Shown here: one piece after another, positions 12,594 to 25,400 of the stretch
Position numbering within the stretch: the stretch's first letter is position 1
How the letters are laid out: each line of letters opens with the position of its first letter
Source of the DNA: Eledone cirrhosa
Lineage: Eukaryota
Reading direction: 5' to 3'
DNA: 64,000 nucleotides
NCBI GenBank assembly: GCA_964016885.1
Contig: OZ024742.1
Span: forward strand, 137,454,001 to 137,518,000
Position numbers and translations under genes: made by a program
The notes under the pieces: model-generated
Seen by the model: the letters and a program-made list of their open reading frames with translations, nothing else
What the model was told of the DNA's origin: nothing
Databases searched by the model: none

Positions 12594-13529
12594 TCCCAGC
12601 GTACTAAGAGTGGGAAATGAAATTTCGTTTCATTTTTCCGTTTATATATAAATATATACATATATATATTTTTTTTTTTTTTATTTATTTATATACATAT
12701 ATGTGTTTGTGTATATACTTATTTATGTGTACCTATATGTGTACAGGTTTTGTGCATGTGTCTTAGGAAGTATAAAATCAAGGCTAACAGTAATCAAAAT
12801 TGGATCAAAAAGCGTGTTTCTACTGCATCTGGATCACACGTGTAATATATTTGGTGAATATATTGCATAATATAAAATATGAACAACTGGTAAAAATGGT
12901 AAAAAATACTGAGAAAAATACAAGAAACGGTAAAAAATACTGACACTTCATTAGATTTAATTTGGAGACTCTTAACTCAAGGTCGCTTCGATGAGGCGCC
13001 CTGGTGATATACAATCTGAACACATCGTAATTCCCCCAGAAGCAGATCCAATTTCTAGACTGGATCTTTATTTTGTCGCTCACGAATGGTTGACAATTTG
13101 CCTCGGAGTCTGATGTTCAAAACATTGTTGATCCCGTTAATTTGATATGTTCTCTTGAAATTTTATTACCCACAAAAATAAAGAAAACAAGAAATACAAA
13201 AAAAATGTATCATTTTTGCATTAACGTTGTTTTCCTAAATATTCAACGTTTTATGTGTAAACTATTATGTAAGTTTTAGCAATACCTACTATCTATCCAT
13301 ATTTAATCGATTAAAGAATTATTTTTTAAAAAACCCAGTAAATATGCTTGCTTTATTTTTACATAATCATGTTCTGTATAGCTTTATATGCAAACATTAA
13401 TATTTGTTTTCTGAATAGTAAGTTATCGAAATCTAATTACTTAGATTTAGAAGCTCCCGCATCCTGAGACGTATGAGGCATCTAGTGTGCTCTAATGACC
13501 ACGCTTAGCCGCATCTATTAATATATCTT

Positions 13530-13850
13530 TCCAACTTTTGTTGACGGGTCTAAGGCCTCTGTCGACTGACTGTCGCGAGTTCATTTTGGGAAGTCATCTT
13601 CACCTCTTTCCATGGGGTTACGAAAACAGGAATTGATTAGCATGTCTCTCACTTTGGAATCGTGTGAAATGTCCGAGCCAGCCATGTTGATGTTTGTACA
13701 CGATGTTAGACACACGTTGTTGGTGGATTCGTTGACAGACTAATTTGTTGGTGATGGAATCATCACACGTGATGCCAAGAATTTTCCGTAGACATTTAAT
13801 ATCAAAACATCTAATACAATTTCATATTGCGTTTCGCACGCATACAGGAG
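13530..13850 (-). mobile_element. Degenerate RTE-like LINE 3' fragment
   Basis: Minus strand reads FDIKCLRKILGIT and then GWLGH, typical of the RTE ORF C-terminus. Confidence 0.6.
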
Positions 13851-13892
13851 CGTTGAAATGAAATACTCTCTACATAAAATAGTGTGTGTGTG

Positions 13893-13925
<33 letters not shown>

Positions 13926-14129
13926 TTGTGTATGTTTGTGTGTGCATTTGAAACAGAGTTACAATTCAAGTAACATCATTTGCCTAACGAGTGCTATCGA
14001 CTCTAACAATGATTGTAGGAATTTTAATGTTTATAAATTTTTACACGCTTAGAAGGTAAAATATTTAATGTAAATTTATTTATAATAGTTAACACATTTT
14101 TCAATGAGTAATATCCCTACCAATCTGGT

Positions 14130-14520
14130 AGGGAATTTGCAGACGACATTTTATAACTTAATTCGTCAGAAGGGCTTCTCCGACAAGCACATGACAGATT
14201 TAATGCCGAGTGCTGCACATCTGGAATGAAAATCAGTTCTGCGAAGACGGAGACACTCGTTCTCTCAACGAAGTCTGCGCAGTGCACCCTACATGTGAAT
14301 GGAGTTCCACTGAAGCAGTTGGAAAAACCGAAGTACCTCGGGTCTGTGCTTCCGTGTGGTGGATGGCAGAAAGCCCATTTAAGTGAAAGAATTTCAGGAG
14401 TTGGTGCAATAATCTGACAGCTTCGGCATTCGGTAATCATAACAAGGGATTTAGGATTAAAAGCCAAACCGGCTATCTTCAATTCTATATTCGTACCAAC
14501 CCTTACCTCTGGTCAGGAAT
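14130..14520 (+). mobile_element. Degenerate RTE-like RT fragment
   Basis: EFADD, GMKISSAKTETLV, LKQLEKPKYLGS, SIFVPTLT.G.E. Confidence 0.7.
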
Positions 14521-14601
14521 CTATAAATCTAATTATCTGTCAATCTGTTTCAACACACGTTTTCAGATAAGAAATCTTGCAAAACAAATTAAAAAAACGA
14601 A

Positions 14602-14670
<69 letters not shown>

Positions 14671-15239
14671 CACGGGTGTGTATGATTGTGTATAGAAGAT
14701 TATACTAATAAAAGGAATTCCAACTTTGTCTGATTTACTCGTTTTATTTTCAATCCTTTAAAATGTATAATGGTATTAGAATGTAATAGTATGGTAGAAT
14801 ATTAAATGTTAAGTGTTAATTGACAAGTACTTTCATGCTTTCGCAATCTTCAGATTCACATTCTGTGGTGACAGTAAAGTTTGCAATTTTCAACTGTAAT
14901 GAGATGGGTAAATTGTGTGCCTTATATACAGTGAAAAGCGGCTACAGGATGCTAAATCTTGCAATTTGTTTTTCACCCAATCGGTGTGAATTACTAAAGC
15001 TGATTGGTTTAGGCGTCACGGTTAGTTGAGCATGTCTAACGACTACTGTTTGACCCTATCCAAAGCATCAATTGTTTTGCTATTTTTAGAAATGATGAAA
15101 ATAGCATTTTCTAGTAATCATCACCATCACTTTTATTATTATTGTTGTTGTTGTTGTTGTTGTTGTTGTTAATGGTGGTAGTCGACATGATATGGTCGTA
15201 ATCATAGTCATAGTAGGAGTAATACCCCATTATTATTGT

Positions 15240-16084
15240 TCATTTAGCTTGGGTTGGAATTTATCAATCAAATTCTTTTCTTTGATTTTTCTTGATTTCA
15301 CTTGGGCTGTGTAATTTGTAGAATGGAAATATTATAAATATTCTCTGACCACATGTTGCTAGATGGTTACTCAGGGGTATCTGACGGACATTTGGGTCTC
15401 TGATTTGCTGTCGGTGCACCTGTGCACATTCCGATAGTGCATTTCCAGTTTGACCGACATATAGTTCTTCACAATTCGGGCATTTAATGCAGTAAATTAA
15501 ATTTCTGCTTTTGCAGTTCATATTTGCATTTGGGAATATTTTTCCAGTTTTTGTTTTCATATATTGACCGGCGTGTATGGATTGACATGTGCCACATCGA
15601 CTATCATTGCATTTAGATACAGTGAATGATTGGTCTTTGTTGTTAAGGTCAAACTTTGCTTTTGTTAGTAATTGCTTCAAATTTTTCGACTGTCTTTTAC
15701 TAAGAGTCAAAGATCGGTCTGTGATTAAGCCTTTTAATTCATTACTTTGAGCAATGATGGGTAGCTTTGCTTTGGCAGTGTTGAAATATTCTGGTGACAT
15801 GGGTTGTGTGTCATTATAAATGGTATGACCAGTTCTTGGTTTCTTCTTCCTTGGGTTGTCCTAAGTTGTTGTATAGGTAGTTTTATAGACCGCTGTTTTG
15901 CCATTTTCTATAAGTAGAGATGGGTATTTTTGTTTGAGCAAACATTCTCTCAGTTCTGTTACGCGTTTGTTCCTGGTATTCGTATCTACTACAAATTCAT
16001 CTGGCTTGGCAGTATGGGATGTTGCGTTTTGTATGAGGTGGATGGCACGACTTAAAATTCAGATATTGATGGGTGTCTGTGTGT

Positions 16085-16090
<6 letters not shown>
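15240..16090 (-). mobile_element. Penelope-like element 3' ORF fragment (RT thumb, Cys linker, GIY-YIG endonuclease; Neptune-like)
   Basis: YKHTDTHQYLNFKSCHPPHTKRNIPY; linker KCNDSRCGTC; NCKSRNLIYCIKCPNCEELYVGQTG..H..H; ends KFQPKLN. Frameshifted. Confidence 0.85.
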
Positions 16091-16133
<43 letters not shown>

Positions 16134-16192
16134 TAATACTAATAATTTGTACTGCACTCTTCGTTATTGTTTTTGTTTTCTCTTTTAACTTT

Positions 16193-16224
<32 letters not shown>

Positions 16225-16281
16225 TACACAGACATATGAATATGCTTGAGAACAGGAATAGGTGGCTGGTTTAGAAGTTCG

Positions 16282-16440
16282 AATAATAATTGTTTCTACA
16301 TTTGGCACAAGGCCAGCATTTATCCCAGTGTATTACTGGTGCTTTATTTTATCAACCCCGCAAGGATGAAAGGCAAAGTTAACCTCGGCGGGATTTGAAC
16401 TCAGACCATAAAGCAGACCCTCTACCGATACTGCCAATCC
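16282..16440 (-). mobile_element. tRNA-derived SINE copy
   Basis: Reverse complement of the SINE consensus with an internal deletion. Confidence 0.85.
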
Positions 16441-17504
16441 AAATGAGGACCCGTGATTGTTGCCACTGCTGCAATACTGCAATATTGAGCAATTGAATTT
16501 TACCTTTTAAGTTTTATCCTTATTCAACTGCAATTGTAATCTCCTGCCTCTAGTCAATTGTCTTAAGCAGGGCGACATACATTTACATGTTTTGCAATAG
16601 TAATTAGCTATGTATCTTATAACTGGGAAATAGGTATGGTTTCAAATATAAAATAATGATTTTTATAGCATAATGTCTCTGGTTTAAGATTCGTTGTATG
16701 CTAAAATTTGAAATTTTTTGTCTCAGGATTAACATAATATTCAGAAAATAAAATACATCTTCCGCACATGTGTTGCATTTTCATACACAACAAGACTGAA
16801 AAACATACCTAGAGGGGTTTATTAGTGTAGGTTTCCGATGGTCAAAGAGTGCTTTGTTTACGGGTTAATACTATCAATGGTCTTAGTTATAGACATACTT
16901 GATGTGGTGATTTTTTTTCTGTCATGTCAGCTATGTCTTCAGGGACGAATCTCTAGATTTTGAGGGTTTAGAAGATTTCATTCTATTTCTGACCACTCAA
17001 AGAATGGAAGTGACCTGAAAATGATATGAATATTTGCAGAAATCTTTTCAATTATGGGGCATGCGTCATCATATCGCTACTATACCTGTTGGAAGCATTA
17101 ACGTCGTAGACTTCGAAAATGAAAATATTCGGCAGAGTCAACAAGAAATGCTCCAAGCGTTTATCAGCAGGAGATCTGTAATACCTGACAAAGGTGATTT
17201 GACGAATGAGATATCTGTCAAAAGAAAAACACAAACACTTCTCTGAAAACAGAACTTATCAGTCACTCAAACACTCAAACCCTACACGTCGTTTGCTTAG
17301 TTGAATTTGTGTGCCATTTCCTTGTTGTCTGTGGTCTAAGTACGTTGTCAAAACTCTGTCTAATGAGAAATTAGTGCATTCTTAATTTACAAACGCCTAG
17401 TCCTGTCGGATCTTTGGCCAGTTACTAAATCGATACCTGGTGGCAGTCCTCAATGCAGCTGGCTTCGGCCCTGTCTTCTGGATCGCTGCAATGCACAGAA
17501 GCAT

Positions 17505-19085
17505 CTGCTCGGTGGTCAAAGTAAATAGTCATTTTTCGGAACCGTTTCTGATCACGTGATATGTTCGTCAAGTGTAACCTCTCTACTTTCTTGTGTACTT
17601 ATTGACTCTCTATCCTGTACTGCAGAAGCTGGAGCTGTTGAAGGGCATCCCGATCAAACTGGGACGTAGAATAGTGGCGTCGACAGATGCGGACGATATC
17701 ACCCTGATTGTGTCGAACACCTCGGAAATCGACGTGGTCAGCGGTTTCTTAATATGAAAGGTTGACGGAAGCAACACTAAACTCAGAAAAGTTCGTGGGT
17801 TTTCAGCTAGGCACCTGGAGTAACGAGTCACTGCCGTTCAACAGCATCGTCGGAAGCTCGACAGACGGATAGGATAAGATGCTCGGTGTTTGGTTCAGAT
17901 CACATGTCCAGGTGGATAAGAACTGAGATGAAGCAAGGAGCAGGGTGCCACTCTCACATAGACATGGGACGAGAACGGGGCTATCTCTCAAATGCCGGGG
18001 GGGAGGTGGCGAATGCATACATCGCATTCGTCATCTAGGATCGCCTGATCGTCGTGCCTTGCCCCCCGTTTGCACTTCACCTAATTGGAATGTCTGCTCT
18101 TCAACCTTTTGTGGCAGGAATAGATTCCATTGGTGTAGCTGTCTATTTTCTGCCAGCACCTTCTACGTGGAGGACTGGCCATGCCATGGCTGATGATACG
18201 CAGACATAAGCTGAAGCTACGGCTTCTTCATACTCTTAAACGGTGAAAAGGTTTCACCGTTTGTGAGACGCCTTTCCGCAACTCATCTCTTTGACTGAGC
18301 AGCAGTCCTGGATCAAGAAGTGACCGAGACTGGGCGCCTGGCATCTGCACTCTACCAGATGAGCAATGCGGACAGTGGAAATTCTACGTTAGAGTACTAC
18401 AGAGGATTACTGGTGAGTAAGTGCAACGTCGATCTTGGAGAGGTGCTGGTCGTCGGCGACATAGATTTGACAAGTGTGTTCCGGAGGACATTCGAACCGG
18501 GGATATAGACAACTTCCAGATCCCTCGCTTGGCAGTCTTAGCTGGGGATTTTTCTTGCTAGAGATAATCTCTACAGGCACGGAAGAAGAGCGGTCAACGA
18601 ACCTGCCCAAGATGCAGCCTGGTAGTTGTAGCGATAGAGGTTGTGCGGTGGACCAGGTTGAAAGGACTAAAGGCAGACACTTTTCTCTTCGGCCAATGCC
18701 TCATCAACTTTTGCAAGTTTCGCGTGGAAAGGAAGGTTAAGTTGGTGAGGGAAGTGCTGCTCCTCGGTACATTGGCTAAAAGGTCAGTAAATGTTGCGAG
18801 AATGGCCCGTGCGAATGGGCCCACTCTGAACATGCACCTATTGGCTTGTTGATTTGAAAAGGAAAGCGGTGCGCTACCCGACTGCCCTCAGAGCGTTCGG
18901 TGGATCAAAAATTGTGGGGTTCCTGAGTAATCTCTGCCTGTTTCTCCCCACTATTGGGAAATTTATATTGTTATACTTTTCTTTTTGTTGTTTTTTTTAT
19001 ATTATTTATTCGTTATTTTTGTAAACCCCCACTGTGCTCCTCTTTTTCAGTTGGCCCTATATGTAAGCCCCTGAGCATGATCATA
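17505..19085 (+). mobile_element. Degenerate Tx1/L1-like LINE ORF2 3' half
   Basis: Collinear with 30385-32160 (QKLELLKGIP, DADDI, RRTFEPG, WTRLKGLKADTF, VNVARMARANGP). Many stops. Confidence 0.8.
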
Positions 19086-21009
19086 TTGGGCACTTTAATT
19101 TATACTTTAATGAAGTTCCAGGATCTACTCATTTTAACAACTGGTACATATATTATTGAACTTGAAAGGATTAAATTTAAAAACAGATGTAGGTTGGATT
19201 TGAACTCAGAGGTAATGATATCTAACCAAAATATCGCAAGCTGTTAGATGTAACACTCTACCAAGTCTGCCTGTTACTTAGCATAACATAATATAATTGA
19301 CTATCATACGCCTGAGACTTGATTAAACATGGCTCCATCATGCGGCAATGTATTTCTGTGTACGCACAATCTAAGGCTATCAACAATCTAATAGCTGTTC
19401 GGGAGCAATGTATTCACCTTCATTCCTTTACTATTCAGATAAACTGCTGCTGATGATGTCATTATTACAACGACGAAGAGGAAGATGGTGATGATTGTGG
19501 TGAAGGTGGTTGTGGTGGTGCTGATAGTGAAGGTGATGATGATCATGATGATCATGATGATCATGATGATGATTACGATGATGATGATGGCTATTATGGT
19601 GCTAATGATTCTGTAAATGCTGATGGTCTTAGTTTTGTTGGTGTTTGCTAGGGGTAAAGATATTGTTAATGTTAAAGACGACGGCGGCGACGGCAGTACA
19701 TTTAATGATGGTGATGATGCTGTTAACATGAGTGGTGGAAATACATGAAATGATATTGGTGCTTGAGGTTAATGTGGTGTTACTGTTCGTTTTAGTAGTA
19801 TTTGTAGTGAAGGATGCTGCGTGGTGGTGCTTGTGGTAGTGACAATGTATTTATGAAAATAATCGTGATGACGATGGCGGGGCCGGTGGGGAAGTGCAGC
19901 TAATATTTATTTAGTTTTGTTTTTTTCAGTGATGGTAATTGTAGCAGTTAAGATGGTGGTGGAGTGCAGCTGCTACTGGATGTTATAGTGGTGGAGATGA
20001 AGGTGTATTAGTTGATTGCATAGGGGTAGTAAAGGTATTGATGTTTGTTAGTTTTGTTGATGGTTGTGTTATTGTTGCTATTCGTTGCGGTGGTTGTGGT
20101 GGTGGTGGTGGTAGTCTTATCATTAATGGTAGAGGAGGAGTGTTAATGTTTGGTAGAGAGAAGTATGTGTTTTAGTTAGGATGGTCAAACAGACCCGATC
20201 ACAGTGATGACGGACTACACAGTGGTGGTAAGCGCACAAGGTTAAGTGTTCCCTTGTCCATGCAAGGTTGGTTTCCATGAAAAGGAATCGATAAACTGTG
20301 AACGAACTGCCGCAACATCAATCGCTAAAACCACCCAAGCTGAAACAGAGTGAGTGCTTTTAATCCGGCGCCAACGGCAACGGTAGCACTATACTGGAGA
20401 ATTTCTGTTTTGATTTGTTAATCAGTGCATGACTAAATCTTAATAAAATTGCGGAGGGTACGCGCGCACAGACACATTAATCTAATAGACACATATACAC
20501 GAATGTAGACGCAAGAACAAACATATACACACACCAACACACAGACCCTGAAGCACACACACACACACACACATACACATATATTCGTGCATGCGCATTC
20601 GCACACGCACGTGTGCAAACACGCTCGTACATAATCCTCACATATTCTCATATAGAAACTTACATATAGTGATATTCACTCTTTTACAAACATGAACATA
20701 AAAGCACACACAGAATGTCAAATTCAAATGTAGTCAGATTGAGGTGTTTGTATTCACAGAGACACATACACAGGCGCATGCTAGTATATATGTTAATGTT
20801 AACATACTCCTTAGTGAGTATCTGTATGACTGTTATTGTCTGTTAGCAGGGTTTCTACAGAGTGATATAAAATGTTACGTGTATCAACACAAATCGGAGT
20901 AAATGCTGCTGAATAAAATGTTTATATTGTATGTATGTATGTAGGTAGGTAGGTAGGTAGGTAAGTATGTAGGTAGGTAGGTTGGTGGGTATGGATGTCT
21001 ATGTATATA

Positions 21010-21181
21010 TAATTGTTTCTATTTTAGGCAAAAGGCCAGAAAATTACCCAGTACATTACTGGTACTTTATTTCATCGGCCCCGTAAGGATGAAAGGCAAA
21101 GTTAACCTCGGCGGGATTTGAACTCAGATCATAAAGGGACGTAACTCTATGCTTCAAAGCATGGTGTCCGACTCTCTACCA
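21010..21181 (-). mobile_element. tRNA-derived SINE copy
   Basis: Reverse complement of the SINE consensus. Confidence 0.85.
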
Positions 21182-21546
21182 CAATATTTAGTATAGAAAT
21201 GGCTTCTACAGGACTAGAACTGTTTAATTTTTGATGATTTCTTTTGAATGAATCCCGTAGATGCCATTTCTGTATTAAACATGTTTACACACTACTAATG
21301 TTTTAAATTTCCTGCGTACTCTGGTTACCCTTCATTGAACCCTGGACTCATATACACACACACATATATATACACACAAATACATATACATCACCCACCC
21401 ACCCCCCACCCCCACACACACATTTATATATATATATATATACATGTAAATATAAAAATAATAAAAATTATTATTATTATAGGTGTTCTCGAAGCGTCGG
21501 GTGTTTCAGGAAACAATGATTGTTATTATTATTATTATCTATTTTA

Positions 21547-21930
21547 GGTCGGAGACCATGCTTTGCAGCATAGAGTTGCGCTCCTTTATAGTCTGAGTTC
21601 AAATCCCGCCGAGGTTCACTTTGCCTTTCATCCTTACGGGGTCGATAAAATAAAGTACCAGTAATGCACTGGGATAAATGCTGACCTTGTGCTAAAAAGT
21701 AGAAACAATTATTATTATTTATTGTAATTACGATGGCGGTGGATTGGCAGTATCGGTAGAGAGTCGGACGCCATGCTTTCCAGCATAGTTACGTCCCTTT
21801 ACGATCTGAGTTCAAATCCCGCCGAGGTTGACTTTGCCTTTCTTCCTTACGGGGTCGATAAAATAAAGTACCAGTAATACACTGGGTAATTGCTGGCCTT
21901 GTGCGAAAAGTAGAAACAATTATTATTATT
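21547..21930 (+). mobile_element. Two head-to-tail SINE copies (21547-21719, 5'-truncated; 21735-21930, full length)
   Basis: The full copy has A-box TGGCAGTATCGG, B-box GAGTTCAAATCC, the conserved core and an (ATT)n tail. Confidence 0.9.
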
Positions 21931-22078
21931 TATTGTAATTATATTATGTTATATTGCATTATATTATATACACAATGCAAATTGTTGTCTCCTTATGACG
22001 TATTCCACTCTAGACTGTGTCTTTATTATTCTTTTAAATTTTTTACGATCCATATATATATATATATATATATATATG

Positions 22079-22183
22079 AACGGAAAAAAGGAAACGAAAT
22101 TTCATTTCTCACTCTTAGTACGGCTGTTACTTAAATATAAGTATGTATATGTACATACATATATGTATACAGACGTACAGTAG

Positions 22184-22229
<46 letters not shown>

Positions 22230-22563
22230 CATGCACACATATATATATATGTACGTATGGATTCACCGAACATTTATTATAATGCTCGGTGTGTTTGTAA
22301 ACAAACATTCCGAATTAAGCCGTACAGTGTCTAGCAACCATCGTTACTCATTTGTTCAACACTGACAAAGGAACGCTGTACTAGTGTCAAGCTTATTAGC
22401 TATCGTCAGCAACGTATACCTTCCTGCCAGATGGTTGAACGTCTGAAAGTATATACTTTCTTTATGCATAATAACGGCTGAGCAACCTAATTTGCATATC
22501 GAGTGAGTTAATCGGCCGGGTGCACCGAAAACGATAAACGGAAAAAATGAAACGAAATTTCAT
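22079..22563 (-). mobile_element. Full unit of hammerhead-bearing non-coding repeat, copy D
   Basis: 27-bp terminal direct repeat aacggaaaaaa.gaaacgaaatttcat at 22079-22105 and 22537-22563. Hammerhead at 22373-22415 (-) with GAAA changed to GACA. Inserted in (TA)n. Confidence 0.85.
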
Positions 22564-22705
22564 ATTATATATATATGAGAATACGAAAACTTTTAACATT
22601 CGTCAGTTAACTCTGTGGCTGGCTGTATGCCAAGCAGTCAACAAGTGTGGTTGGTAGACAATATGGATGACAACATCAATGTTAAAAACAATTCTGTAGT
22701 TAGGT

Positions 22706-22919
22706 ATTGTGATTTCTGATTTAGGCACAAGGCCAACCATTTTAGGAGAGGGGTAAGTCGATTTTACCGACCCCGGTGCATTACTTGTACTTGATTTTAT
22801 TGATCTTGTAACGATGAAAGGTAAAGTTAACCTTGACAGGATTTGAACTCAGATAGTAAATGGGCGTAACCCAATGCCATAAATCATGTCAGACGCTCTA
22901 CCGATACTGCCAATCTACC
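22706..22919 (-). mobile_element. Older SINE variant with a longer 3' region
   Basis: Diverged SINE core plus an extra ggggtcgg..tcgacttacccc segment. Confidence 0.7.
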
Positions 22920-23273
22920 AGATTTATCGTGACTAATGATAATATTGCATTTTACAGACAAATGCTGGAGGATAAGCTGTCTCAACAGAAAACCCAGGGC
23001 ATTGGTGTGATTTACTGATTCTAGCTCTTTTGATACATCGGAGAATGAGTGACAGAACCTCGCTCTAGATCGTCTTTACTGGAGGAAGGCGTTGTAGTAT
23101 AGGAGGAGGGAATTTCAAGTGCATGATAATGCAGCCAGCATCATAATGATCATCATCATCATATATATATATATAGCATGTTGTAAATTACTTCAATACT
23201 TCAAGCAGTGTAGAAAATAATGTTTTATTAATATGCTACGCCAATACATATTTAGCATTAATTGCTAAACGTA

Positions 23274-23463
23274 TAATTGTTTCTACGTTAGGCAGAAGGC
23301 CAGCAATTATCCAGTGCGTTACTGGTACTTTATTTTATCGACCCCGTAAGGATGAAAGGCAAAGTTAACCTCGGCGGGATTTGAACTCAGAATGGCAAGG
23401 GCCGTAACTCTATACGTCAAAGCATGGCGTCCGACCCTCTCCCAATACTGCCAATCCACCGCC
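23274..23463 (-). mobile_element. tRNA-derived SINE copy, full length
   Basis: Reverse complement of the SINE consensus, starting ggcggtggattggcag. Confidence 0.9.
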
Positions 23464-25149
23464 CCTAAACGTATAATGATAACAAAAATGTTGTGATGTT
23501 ATCTTGTATTTCGGGATCAAATCCCTTCTTGAAAAGAATAATAGAGAAAACCAATTGTGAGCATGATATCTTCTTGCGCTGCCATCTCCGAATTTGAAAC
23601 TGATTTTTTTTCAATGCTGGAAGTCGTGAATTTATCACGTGTTGTGTTCTAAGCTATGTTATGCTCAAAACAATAGTTGTATCTATTTTTAAAGTGGATT
23701 GAAGTGTGACAGCGGGTCTGTCTGTATTAGCCTATGAGTGAACAGTTTTAGTCTGAAGTTTATTCGAGGTTAGTGTTTGCCTACTAGAACAGTTTCTCTG
23801 ATCCTGAGATTGCCCGTATTTCTATGTCCGTCTTCCATACTGTTATATTTGTATTTATCATTTTGCATGTATCTATGTGTTTCTTGCAGGAGGACGCGTG
23901 GTGTGTTGCCGATGCAAGCGTGTAGGGATATGGTCGTGCAGGCGATATAAAATTCGCCACATTTGGTGCATTGAATGTTATAACCTGTATGACTGTAGGC
24001 ATAAGACCGTCAATTTAAAGTCATTTTTCATAAGCATTCCTCCGTGAGGGACCAGAGTGTTTTAATTGTGTATGCAATCTCCCGCTCCGCTTATCAAGTA
24101 GTTGAAGTGATCCAACGCCAGAAAATAGTTGTTTGAAGATTTATGCTTAGGGCTCTGAAGATGAATACCGGTGGCGGCTGGATAACCGCTGTCCTCAAGC
24201 ACATTTAATAAACGTGTACTTTGGTTGGCTTAGTGAAATTTATACATTGGTTATAGAAGAAAAATCCTCTCTTGAAGATTCACCATGCATTTACAACAAT
24301 ACGCAATTGCAATACACTTTCCCATAAAATATTAACCAATCGTTGATATGGGGAATATTAACGTACATATTTAGTATACAAAAATTCAAACCAATAATTA
24401 TATCGCATTTATGCGTACATACAAATACATGTGTATGTATTTAAATTATTATTAATCTAGAGAGACCTCAACGATTATATTCAGAGTAAAATATACTTTT
24501 TCTTGGTTGATTGTTTTAAACTATAGTTAACAATTTCGGTGCAACAAGGCATTTTCAGGTAATATGTGGTAAGGGATATATGAATATGGTTAGTTTAACA
24601 CAATGTTCTTTCTCAGAACGTATAATATTCATGCTTAAAACAATTAAAAGTGTGATACAGGAAAATACAAAGCAAAAGAATATAATCAATAACCAAACAC
24701 ACCTTCCAATGGTCTTCACACATTATTGGTAGGTGTCGCCTTTAGCACTGAATACATTCATCTTCATTTTCCTTGTCATTAATTGATTCTTCTACACCAT
24801 GATAAGCAGACACACGGTCGCCATGTTCGATGTTACATTTATAAGAATTGAGGTAAATAACACCTACAAGGTTGACAAATAGTGTTTCGGTCTTTACGTC
24901 TCAATTTGATTGATAGTGTCTGCATTATTTGCTAAATGTGTTATACCTTTCGCAATTTGAAGATTCCGTTAAACAATTGTTGTTGATATTATTATTTTTA
25001 TCATTATGTGAAACCTCTTTAAATTCTGCTTCTTTCCCATATCATGACGAGTGTCAACATGGCACCTGAGGCAAAATGTGGTAATACACACATTTAACAA
25101 TCAGCTGGCATATGAATAATACCACAAGGGCATGATCAAATCAGTAAAT

Positions 25150-25400
25150 ATCTTTATAAGTTATTTAAATTGATAATGCCCTTCTCAAGACATGGAGAGT
25201 GCCAGTCAGCACTATTTTCTGTATCTTTTGCAGATATGGCTTTCCCGGTATCTTGTCCAAACATTTCGTCTCCCATTTTTATCATTCTAAGTGCGCCAAG
25301 TATCACTGATATTGTGCAGGCTTTAAGGTGCCACATTTTCTTAGTTTCAATTGTCAGATTTTTTTCTTCTCTAATATTGCTTAGATTTGCATATTTTGTT
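25150..25400 (-). mobile_element. Degenerate Dong/R4-like RLE 3' fragment
   Basis: MWHLKACTISVILGALRMIK, followed by a frameshifted IQK..L.GT.HVLRR. Confidence 0.6.

Larger units (their letters stand above)
11955..12645. mobile_element. Hammerhead-bearing non-coding repeat, inverted + tandem arrangement (copies B and C)
   Basis: 11955-12200 has the same orientation as 22135-22414. 12196-12645 is the opposite orientation and runs head-to-tail across the unit boundary. Two hammerheads. Confidence 0.85.

Noticed and set aside
12940-13140. Possible piggyBac-like transposase N-terminal relic (IVIPPEADPIS...DNLPRSL)
   Set aside because: Similarity too short, frameshifted, and no TIR/TTAA pair identified.
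20177-20235. Possible micro-exon (ttttag...G|gtaagc)
   Set aside because: Weak polypyrimidine tract, unrecognisable peptide and no other exons to support it.
21735-21830. tRNA gene (A and B boxes)
   Set aside because: No cloverleaf; it is the head of a multi-copy SINE.
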